DNA of 63,335 nt, the filler included, from Phoronis australis (taxonomy: Eukaryota > Animalia > Phoronida): NCBI GenBank assembly GCA_002633005.1. It is 10 parts of 10 records of this genome, joined end to end, with 100 filler letters (N's around TTAATTAATTAA, not from the genome) between each part and the next. Parts side by side here need not be neighbours in the genome. Positions count along the whole stretch, not along the records: positions 44,130 to 54,515 come from NMRA01001756.1; positions 54,616 to 57,326 come from NMRA01003476.1; positions 57,427 to 60,824 come from NMRA01003042.1; 7 more parts are not named here. One strand, given 5' to 3'. The notes beneath the pieces were generated by a model. The model had not been told where the DNA came from and ran no database searches. It saw only the letters and a list, made by a program, of their open reading frames with translations. Positions 50,631-60,755 of the stretch are shown here, in pieces. The translations under genes and the position numbers were made by a program. Position 1 is the first letter of the stretch; each line of letters opens with the position of its first letter.

Positions 50631-51609
50631 GTAAGTTGCCTAATTATTGCATTCCCGATTTGTTACTGTTAGTCCAAGTATCTTAATGAACAAAACTCTT
50701 TACTTTCCTTTTTACTGTAACGGCAACTAAAGTTAATTGTATCAATAAAAAACGTATTCTTTATGATACCTCCAGCAGTCATTAAATCACGTAAATAAAT
50801 TATATTTAATTACTGCATTTGCTGAGCTAATTTCAACCAGCCAGAATGTAGGATTAATTTTTTATTTTGTATTCATTTTGGTCACAAAATGTAGTTGTAT
50901 TATTAAATTGAGTTTTGTTTTGTTTTTGACAATTTTAACTTATTACGAAATAACTGTGGTTGACTTATACTTTATTTGTATTTTTTTGTTTTTCTGGACA
51001 CCAAGATGTGATAATTCCCATGGTGTAAAAAACAACATAAATACTTTGGTATAAGTTAATACTTACATATAAATGTGAAGTTCTTAAATGTTCCTTAAGT
51101 TGATAGACGGCTGGCCATAGAGGGCAAACCCCTTAAATTTTGGGTTGGGTAGAATAATTCTCAGATCGATCAATGTTTGGATAGACAAGCCCATTTGTTA
51201 GAAATTAAATAATAAAAAATTAAGATAAGTCAGAGACCTCCATCAAACTATCAGAATATGAAGGCAATTATACATTGCAGAATCATAGTGGTTGCTGAGA
51301 AAATCAGCATGTAACAGAGTTGGATTAAAATCATTGAATATTCATGAACTTGACCTTGTTTCAACCTCCCGACCTTTGCTCAACGAGTAAATAATTATCT
51401 ACCTCCTTTCCATATTCTAAAGAAGTGTATCTTGATTCAGTTTGGACAATGCATGGGGATCACTCAATTTATGCAGGAAATTCACTTTTTCATCCAAAAA
51501 GCATTAACTACCTGCAGAAATTTTCGACATCTGCCTTTCCCGATGTCTTCTTCAGTGCATACTAGGTGGCACGGTAGTAAACGCTTTTTGGATGGAAAAA
51601 TTGAACTTC

Positions 51610-52631
51610 CATAGGCGGATTTAGGGGGGGGCCCAGGGGGCCCGGGCCCCCCCCTTGGCTGCCGCAAAAAAATAAAACAGTAAGAGCGTAGGGAAATGGT
51701 GAGTTTATTAATTAACCCCGGTAATTAAAATTATACGGATGAAAAAAGATTTAAATGTGTGCAGTTTTAGTGTTGGGGGGGGGCTCAAATCCAATTTCAA
51801 GTGTCAAATTCGGAACACGGCGCGTTCGTAACGGAACTATGGCTAAGTATATAATCACCCGCGATATCCTATGCGACCGGCAGCGGCGCTGTGCACTACG
51901 ACTCCGTTTCCGTCGTCTGCTCCACTGTGCAATGAAGATAATTTACTTCATTTTTTAAAGAAAGTGGAACATGAGTGACGATGAAAAAACAGAAGCTGCT
52001 GGTAAGATGTGAATTTTAATCGAAGCCTTAGTGAATCACTCAGAAACTCGCAATACTCTCTTTGTCAAACCTTATCTTAAGACGGTTTCCAAAGCAATCC
52101 CGTCATTATTGCCAACACGAAAAATGGATTTGGTCTTTTGGGCATTTGAAGACTATTTCAAATACGACAAATTTGTTAAGAATTGATGGCACAAAATATA
52201 AAACGTGTAATAAGCATTACAAAAAGAAGTAGGTTTCGCGCGCAAACGCTGTGGCCCATAAACAAGTAAGTCTTTCAATATGACTCTTGTAGTTAAGTCG
52301 TGCTGGTGCAGTGGTAGCGTACGTGCGCTCTAACAGTCAGGTCGTGAGTTCGAGTCTTCGATACCTGCATTTTTTTCCTGTTTGACACGTTCTCCGTGTT
52401 TTTTTTTTTTGCCTTTTTTTCTTGGATAATACTTCAGGAATCAAGGAAAATGCTTGATTGTTAGAGGTAAAAACAGAAAAATTTCCTGGGCGGGAGGGGG
52501 GCAAACCCCCCTCCCGACCTCCCCCCATTCGGTGCTATGCGCATCTACAATCGTGGTTCAGTTTGCGCAAATGGTTCCAACCAGACAAAATGTTGGGCCC
52601 CCCCCCTTGTGATATTCTAGATCCGCCACTG
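51610..52631. mobile_element. CATAGGCGGAT-family MITE in a CSTF1 intron, with an internal tRNA-like segment (~52303-52365)
   Basis: TIRs CATAGGCGGATTTAG / CTAGATCCGCCACTG, with ACTTC directly on both flanks. Internal TGGTGCAGTGGTAG...GAGTTCGAGTC A/B boxes. Confidence 0.75.
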
Positions 52632-52939
52632 ACTTCCCTGTGTCAATTGTTATTCACCATCCTGATGAAGCTGTTAAAAAAAATTTTGGACAGAGTGTTT
52701 GTGGACCAGTGCAACAATGATGATTATGCTTTTGCGTGTAGTGCTTATCCTATGATAACATTTTATTGGTTTGAAAGGAATTGGCATCGAAAAGGGATTT
52801 GAAACGAACCCCTTTAGTCAAAAATGTTTGAAAATAATTTTTTTAATTCGTAGTTATTTAGTTATTATTCTCTCTGAGTCCGTCAGTAAATTTCTTTAAT
52901 TTTTGTGCAAAAATGTTCTTAGTTACAATTTTGTTTCAG

Positions 52940-53019
52940 TGCGACTCTACGATGTAAACACGCTACAGTGTTTCGTGGGCAGTAATCCTGACGATCAACA
53001 CAATGGTTCTGTTACTACT
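52940..53019 (+). CDS. CSTF1: CSTF1 exon (LRLYDVNTLQCFVGSNPDDQHNGSVTT)
   Basis: Matches [21 protein letters not shown]; canonical splice sites. Confidence 0.95.
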
Positions 53020-54278
53020 GTAAGTGTATACACTATGTGTTAAGTATGGCTATCATAGTCATACCATATCACATTTACCAGCGCTTCGAATTTTCCTCTT
53101 TTAAAAGGATGTTGTCTTTTTTGGTTTCAATATCCTGTTATTTCATTTCCAGTTTCCTCTTTTTCCATCTCTTTTTTTGACTTCATTCATGCAAAAGCAT
53201 TTTTCCCAGTTAAATTTTGCTCCACAAAAAACATTTTTATCTCACAAGCCTATTTGTTTATGGAACAATACATCAGCTGGAAAATTTTCCTCTTTTTTAT
53301 CATTGGTCATTCCAAGCCCTAATTCACCCAACACAAAACTACATTCTTTGTCCACTAGCCAAACGTAGGTCACAAATTTCATATACGTGTATTATCTTGG
53401 CGTTTTTATAGAATTGTGTTAGCACTCAAGCAGTTGGATGCACAGAAGTCAATCTTTGCTTCAGACTGCTTTTCACCCTGTTTATTTGCCATGGCTTGAA
53501 ACTCAAAATATAATTAGGACTTTTGCTTTCATGAAACCGGTTTGATAATATTTCTTACCATGATGGGATTGTATTTCCATTACCAATAAGAACATAGAAT
53601 CCATCAGCGACTCAAAAAACTGCTTCTGACAGAGTTTAATGGAGTTAGGCGAGCCTGAAGATGTGTGGGTTCGAAAATGGCTGGTATGCGAATAGCTTCT
53701 GACTTGAGTTATTGGCTCATTCTGCAACAAGTTGAGATCAGATGAGCGTGGTAATGTTTTTAAACCACAAAGTGCTTCGGTTAAGAATCGACAAAATTCT
53801 CTTGTTTCGTTATGCATGTATGTGCTCTCAGCTCAACAAATAAGGGCCTTTCTAGAAGAAAATCTCAACCTGGTTGGCTCTTACTTATGCCATTTTTGCT
53901 GTATGTGTTTTTCTCACAGAGTAATTTCCTCCATTTGGTGAGTCAAATATAAGGTGAATTTAATGACACACCATCGAGTACTCACAATAAATTGAACATT
54001 TTCAACCATGTGTGCTTTTGACTTGTACTATTCTCATGTGTCTAGACTTTGGTTTTTGAAATTTACAGCCAAGTCATTTTGTGAAGGGTATTTCATACTA
54101 TTTACTGTGTCCATAAATAAGCTTCAGTTAATCTGAAAATCACTTTCTCTTGCCCTTGGAACTGATTATTTGACACTAATAACTCATCATTGCCATGCTC
54201 GTTTGTAGTTATTTGCATTTCAAAATTGAACTGTAGCAATTTTCTGTCAAAGTACAAATTTCTGGCCGTATTCATTAG

Positions 54279-54434
54279 GTTGGTTGGAGCCCCAATGCCA
54301 ACTTGTTTGTATCGGGCTCCACAGATGGCACTATCAAGATCTGGGACGGCGTTAGTAACAAGTGCGTGAACAGCTTTAAGAAAGCCCACGACAACGAAGC
54401 GATATGCTCGACAGTGTTTACACGCAACTCAAAG
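54279..54434 (+). CDS. CSTF1: CSTF1 exon (VGWSPNANLFVSGSTDGTIKIWDGVSNKCVNSFKKAHDNEAICSTVFTRNSK)
   Basis: IKIWDGVSN.C...F..AHD signature. Exons 3' of this one were not found after the gap. Confidence 0.95.
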
Positions 54435-54441
54435 GTATTAT

Positions 54442-54515
54442 CAGGGCTTGGAATTTTCCGCGGAAACGCGGATTTCCGCTTTTTTGAAATGTGCTTTCCG
54501 CTTTTTTTATAATAT
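54442..54515. mobile_element. End of a second copy of the 40458 hAT-like MITE (gap-truncated)
   Basis: Appears to be the exact reverse complement of ~40866-40939. Confidence 0.8.
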
Positions 54516-54719
54516 NNNNNNNNNNNNNNNNNNNNNNNNNNNNNNNNNNNNNNNNNNNNTTAATTAATTAANNNNNNNNNNNNNNNNNNNNNNNNNNNNN
54601 NNNNNNNNNNNNNNNCATTTACGAATGCGAGCTGCATTTTGAAAATGCGACCTGGAATTTTGGCTTGGTCGCAAAATGCGACTTGGCGATTTTAATAGCG
54701 TCGACCCCTGCCCGCTGAT

Positions 54720-55400
54720 ACTTCCTGATCGTCGAACAGCCTGCACATGCACCACCGGGGCTTTCCACCACTGGCGGAACAACGGGTGCGCAAACCTCAA
54801 ATCGGTCCCCTGCCAACCTGGAGAATACGGACTGCATCGCGACGTACCTCGGCTCGGCCCCTCTAATTAAATTAGCCAGTACAGAGGCTACGGGCCGATA
54901 TAGCCATATGAGAACCATGGAACTCTAACAGACATACATGCAGGCCAGGACAAGACTACAACGGCAGGAAACGTGACAATAACCCCAGTGAAGAGCCGAG
55001 TCGGAGCAGACCATCAACTCAAGACCTGGCGTATGCTCCCTGATGACTAAAATCGATTTCGAGACAAGGGTTGCATCTTTCAGAAATGACACAGATGACC
55101 AAAGCCAACACATTCCTGGGAACTATGAAAATTTTCCAACACATTTCTGAAAGAGACTCAAATGGCCATAAACGACACAATTCTGGGGACTTTTTTCACA
55201 GATACTTGGAGACACAACTATATATAGGGACAGTATCGCTACCCGGCGCTCTCAGTTGATCGCTGGTGAATAGGCAGTTCCTTGGACATCTGCATGGCCA
55301 TGGGGACCACAACAGTTCACAGGGTAAGCGCAGCAGAGCCAGCGGAGGACCCCGGCCAGGCACTTCCGCCAACCACTGTCCAGTATGACTAACATCCGCT
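54720..55400 (-). mobile_element. Possible very degenerate DIRS/Ngaro RT-RNase H remnant
   Basis: GC-rich. Minus-strand fragments 'VVPMA..K' followed by 'PGLELMVCSDSALHWGY' loosely resemble LGVP.A..K and LEL.TDAS..G.G motifs. Weak. Confidence 0.25.
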
Positions 55401-57426
55401 TATATCTTTACTTGCCTGTTATATAACATTTTGAATAAATAATACAGCAAAAACAAACAAAAACATGAATATGGTTTTGAACAGTTGTGGAAATCAAATA
55501 AAGAACTTAGAACTGAGGTTGACAACGAAAACAATTAAGGATACCGATGTCTCCACGGCACGATCAAGACATCGGTTAAGACAGGCACAGGTAACAACGA
55601 AAAGACACAAATTAAAATGCCTGCCGCAGTTCCATCTTGTTTCTGATTTCAACCAAAACAACTGTTCTCAAGTTACTGATTGACCATACATTTTAGGTGA
55701 ATTTTATGTCAATCAGATAAGAGCCTGATGAAAATTTTATGAATTGGCCCCTGTGGATCCTCAAATTGTGTAACTGACAGTCACAGTGAGCAATTGGGGG
55801 GGAGGTTGGCTCACAAGAGAGCCAATCTAACATATTCACAAATCCAACAAAATGTCACTAAGGTGCAAACAAACATGAATTAAACCAAAGAATAAAAGAA
55901 AATACTTAAAAACATTCCAGAGCAACTACAACATGACACACTCAAACCATAGTATGCAATACATATACATACATTCATATATCACAAGCCAATTACAATA
56001 TAATGAATACAGGTAAATAAAGTATAATTGGTAATCTCTGGTAAGATGGGCAATAAAAAGCACTGGCCATGTGGATGTACGAGAGAATGACAAAAACTGG
56101 GAGGTGGAGGGTGGGAAAATTGAATAAGTTTTTGACGTACGACAATGTGACTGGAACAAAGTGAACTGAAAGCAACTGGTTACAATAACAAAAAACACCC
56201 CGAAGGTCACATGACAATCATCAGCCTATAAGAGCCAAGAGCTGACCAAACTCGAGGCACGTGATAACAACAGACCAATACGAAGGCTGGGAAAACATAG
56301 TGCAGTCTTACACGAAGTATATTGTAACTGTACTAGTCATAATAAATTACCTTATATCACCTGCCTCCGTCTCCTTTTCATCTCTGGTAACGAGCTTGAG
56401 ACGCATGTATCATTTATCTATTATTCGGGACATATGTCGATCATAAATGGTATTCCACGCGTTAAATATATTTATGTGAGCATATGGACCCGTCTTACTC
56501 CTTTTCCCCCTCATCTCGGTCTATTCCATTTACCAACTTTCATAATCCTTCAAGCAGTTTGGCATATACAGAGGCAGACAGCAAAGACACAAAACAACAA
56601 AAAATGGCCAATAGGTGGGCAAAATGAGTCTACCCTGTCCAAAAAAGTAAAAGCGGAAGAGTTGTCTCCATAGCAGAAATCTATTTGCCAAATTTCCTAC
56701 TTATCAATAGCGGAGTTGCAACGCCGCCATATTGGAAATTTGTCAGAATGTTGCATTGTGGTTAAGCTGGTAAACAAGTAATTGCATTGTGGTTAAGCCG
56801 GTAAACAAGTACTTCAGCAAGCGTGGGGGCGAACCGGCCACAGGGAGGTTATACGTGCTGTGTGCCTGGCTGCTATAATACCACTTAGCGAGATAAAGAA
56901 TTTAGTTACTATCTGTTTCCCAAAGATCAAGAACTGCGTTAAACATGGGTCAGACACAACCGTAGAGCTGGTAGCAAAGGTCGACTTACTGAATTCTTCG
57001 TAGCATAAAGTATGCAGCGCTAATTTTGAGGGCAGCAAGAAAAGGTATCTTGGAAAGTGCCCAACAATATTTCTCTTAGAAACAAATAGTAACAAATATT
57101 CCACGACGGATGGTAGAGAAAAATGACTGGTTTTTGCTTGAACAGAACCAAGCCAACATGAGCAATTTTGAAGATAATGCCTCTCACAATCACCTGTTCT
57201 GGGTCGACTCACTTAACGTACGCACATTCTATGCATTAACGTGCTAAAACAAAGCACACAGAATATTATTATTTACTTTCTACAAAATTATGGTGCAATG
57301 CTATCAAAATTCGTGGTTAAATTACGNNNNNNNNNNNNNNNNNNNNNNNNNNNNNNNNNNNNNNNNNNNNTTAATTAATTAANNNNNNNNNNNNNNNNNN
57401 NNNNNNNNNNNNNNNNNNNNNNNNNN

Positions 57427-57553
57427 AATGAGCTACATTATCACGTGTGTCACTCTCCTATTGGCTGACTGTGCCAGCCACAACCAATGAGCTACATGAT
57501 CACGTGTGTCAATCTCCTATTGGCTGACTGTGCCACCCACAACCAATGAGCTA
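57427..57553. repeat. 59-bp tandem repeat (2+ copies, running into a gap)
   Basis: aatgagctaca starts at 57427, 57486 and 57545. Confidence 0.85.
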
Positions 57554-57682
57554 CTTCACATTTTGATTCTCATCTGCTTCCTGTTCATCATCACCACCAT
57601 AGTCACTATCCTGCTGTGCATATGTCTCGTCTCCATCTTTCTCTGCATTCTCCGGATTCAGTAACATTTTCAAACCTTCTTT
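57551..57682 (-). CDS. FAM227B: FAM227-family gene, terminal coding exon (KEGLKMLLNPENAEKDGDETYAQQDSDYGGDDEQEADENQNVK*)
   Basis: ttgcag acceptor, phase 0 matching the previous exon, acidic tail ending in TAG. Confidence 0.7.
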   Translation of the reverse strand, partial: KEGLKMLLNPENAEKDGDETYAQQDSDYGGDDEQEADENQNVK

Positions 57683-58004
57683 CTGCAACATTCAAAACCA
57701 AATACATCACTAATTTCCTGAGCAGATGATAGATGTCCAGTTGGAAATGACTGCCATTTTCATATTGACACAAGTTCAGAGACCTTGCAGAAGACATGAC
57801 CTATTTGCCTCGTGGCTAAATTCAAACAGCTTTGTCATGCTGAATGGTATGTAGCCTTATTTGACATTTTACTCCAAGCTTGAATTCCATAGCACCATTA
57901 TTCAACAGTGCTCAGTGAGCTTGAAAACGGCATGATGGCTAACGGTAAACCAGGTGTGTCAAAATATCTTGAATAAGTTTGTTGCACCAGTCACCTTTTC
58001 AATT

Positions 58005-58264
58005 GATTAAAAATCGGACGATCGCCGCACAAATAAAAAAGTTCACGTTCAATCAAAGTTTTGTCTATTCATTAGTGAAGTGAGAGATAAAGGGAATAGT
58101 AAGTACTTACTATTACCTATATCTCCCTTTATGGATGTTACCTGAACTTTATGTTGGCACTTGCTGTTCTCTGTAAATATTATCCTGATGATGTCTAATG
58201 AATAGACAAAGTGTTGATTGAACACAAACTTTTTTATTTGTGCGGCGATCGTCTGGTTTTTAAT
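58005..58264. repeat. ~50-bp inverted repeat pair (MITE-like) in a FAM227 intron
   Basis: gattaaaaatcggacgatcgccgcacaaataaaaaagtt ... aacttttttatttgtgcggcgatcgtctggtttttaatc. Confidence 0.7.
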
Positions 58265-58632
58265 CTTACTATGGCCAAAAACTGATTTAATTAACTTTTC
58301 AATTGAATTCCAAGTTTGGAAAAGCTTGCACATTGCTAACCATAGATGTCCAAGCTTGAATAAATTTACTGGCCAGTAATATAATTCAAGCTTGTCCAGG
58401 GAATTCTGTAACCAAGCAAAACTCGTTTTCTTATGCTATTTACGACATTCCTAGTGCAGTACACTCAATACGCTAGTAAGGTTAGGCCCAACAAGCTTAA
58501 ATAAAATTGGCCAAGCTTGATAATACAATACTTTTCAATATTGAATAGCACTGTTCAAGCTCGAATAAGGCTGTGCACTTTGAGTTTGAGAAATCTTACC
58601 AATAACGATTATTCAACGACTGTAACACTCAC

Positions 58633-58792
58633 CCTTTCGTACTCTCCACTCTGAATGTAATCGGTAATCATCTGCAGTTCATGTGGGTTTCGACAATCCC
58701 GCACTCGTGCTTTCAGACTTTCGATCTTATAGAACATCAGTAACTTCTTGTGCTCAATCTTGGCTATTTCGTTCTTGGTGTAGTCACACACT
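58633..58792 (-). CDS. FAM227B: FAM227-family exon (VCDYTKNEIAKIEHKKLLMFYKIESLKARVRDCRNPHELQMITDYIQSGEYER)
   Basis: ttttcccag acceptor, GTGAGT donor, phase 2-0, coiled-coil-like. Confidence 0.8.
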
Positions 58793-59048
58793 CTGGGAAA
58801 ACAAAAACGTTACCACAGTTCAAAAAATTGAAACCAACAAAAAGAAAATCTTTAAACTGCTACGAATTAAAGTGAGGCTCTTACCTGTGTCAAAATTAGC
58901 ATTAAACTGCAAGACTTGTTGAAAAGACTGTTTAAGAGGTCTAAAATTCATTGTGAGGTTTCCAAGTCTTCACACAATGAAGTATAGACTTGAAATCCTC
59001 AACTTGGAAAGACGTAGAACTTTCTAGATTGGTACGGACAACACTTAC

Positions 59049-59126
59049 TTCTGATACTCATTCTTCATCTGGTCCGAGAGCTGCAATGACTTGCTGATGA
59101 CCTGTCTGTAGGTCTCCCCATCTGGA
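59049..59126 (-). CDS. FAM227B: FAM227-family exon after the AT-AC intron (PDGETYRQVISKSLQLSDQMKNEYQ)
   Basis: TYRQVI matches the FAM227 'PTYRDVI' motif. AC acceptor with a CCTTAAC branch site; GTAAGT donor. Confidence 0.8.
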
Positions 59127-59960
59127 GTGAAGGCTGTTAAGGCATGAACGTACAGATCATACACGCCTGCATTAGGTACTGATTTGTTGCACGATGCACT
59201 CCCCCATTCAACTTTCCCTCCATTTTTGAGGTATTAAGATCACCCAGATATTAAGTGCTCTATTGTGCATCGGTGTACACAAGTGAAGTCACCCCCATTG
59301 CATCGACATGCGTATTATTCCTTTTTTCTTTTGTTGTTAGTTAATCAATTTTCATGTTCAAACAATGAAAAGTTTTGATTTTCAATGACAGATTTGGGTG
59401 TTACTTATATAATAGTCCGCGGTATCTAAAACAGTTTGGAAAGAATGTTGCCAACATCAGGCAGCGGCTGTCCCTGACACCCATCTCTGTCCCCTAATCC
59501 TGAATCAAAAGAGGTCGCTCATAAAAGTCCAGATGGTAAGTGGCTATTGTAATCCTGGTAAGAAGCATTCAAATAGTTCATGCCTCTAGGAAAATCAGAC
59601 GTTATACCGAATGACTAATAAAATTGGGTCACTTATTGAGTAAAAAACTCGCAAAAGCCAACTTCTGGCCATATCGTACCACAACAGAGTTCATTTTCAC
59701 AAAAATCCCATGGTAGTTCAAAATGTCCAATATAAACACCAATTGCAGGATTTTGTTCTGTTGGTGATAGTGGGTAATGAAGTTCAGAAGTTTCCTGGAA
59801 ACGCTCCCATACACTTTCCAGGCCACTGCCAACCGGATTGTTTTTTAACAATAGCAGGTATTAGAGAATCTATTGAAACGCTGTTATACTGTCTTAGTCG
59901 TTACATATCCGGCTGATTGTTCAGACATTTGCGAAGCAACTACAAGACAATAAAGGATAT

Positions 59961-60115
59961 GGCCTCTTTGTGATCTCTGTACGAGTGACTTTCATGCCTA
60001 TCTGGTCCAGTTCCTTCAACCGCCTCATGTGGAGATAGTGCTGCACTAGGGGACTGCGTCCCTGTACGTTGAACGTCACCCGCGAAAATTCTGCCCCCGG
60101 GCCGACTTGGTGTGA
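59961..60115 (-). CDS. FAM227B: FAM227-family exon (SHQVGPGAEFSRVTFNVQGRSPLVQHYLHMRRLKELDQIGMKVTRTEITKR)
   Basis: Matches the FAM227 motif GPEF.RVLFN..G.SPL..YYL.M. tttgtag acceptor; ends at U12 donor ATATCCTTT. Assignment to A versus B paralog is uncertain. Confidence 0.8.
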
Positions 60116-60540
60116 CTACAAATAATTAAAAGTAAACAGTCAAAATTTCCATCTCCTCATTGAGTCATCACAGTCCCTTGTGTATTTTTGTGCAATCGGA
60201 AGTCATACCTATGGATTGTATACAAAATTTCTGAATTCCGTACCAACCACTTCTGCTACAATATACATTTTGCCAACGAATCTTTGTTACGTCAGGATAG
60301 ATTTCACACCTCCACACAGTGGGAGATATTGGTACATTAGCGTGCCCTAAAGCTTGTTGAAAACAGACTGGAGGAAAAATTGAAGAAATCATGATGAGCT
60401 CAGGCAAAAAGAGACAAGAAGCATCGAGGTGCATCCACAATAAATTGACAAATTTTTGGAAAAGTTGTAAAATTTTACAATAATTATGCAATGAAAGGAA
60501 TTTCCAGTTTTCAAAAATATATAAGAAGCTTAAAATCTAC

Positions 60541-60755
60541 CTCTTTGGCGTGCCTACGAGGCGTGCCACATTGAGCTTGGCGTGACACTGTCATTGTATC
60601 TACCACTAGAGGGCCTGACACTGGTAATGAGGCCAGTGCCGTGGGCTGGCGCTGCGTAGTGGGTTCAAGAGGTGCTGTGCCCAGTCGACTGGTTGTGCCG
60701 TCTCCCATACGTTTGACTGCTGCCTGGAAACCCTCGATGTCCAAGTTGTTCTTTG
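60541..60755 (-). CDS. FAM227B: FAM227-family exon (KNNLDIEGFQAAVKRMGDG...GTPRRHAKE)
   Basis: ctttccag acceptor and GAG|GTAGAT donor. The frame is open, and the phase-0 exit joins in frame to SHQVGPG. Confidence 0.7.

Noticed and set aside
59127-59166. Conventional AG acceptor at 59167 as the main FAM227 junction
   Set aside because: The AT-AC junction has consensus U12 signals and better colinearity with FAM227; the AG site is kept only as a possible alternative.
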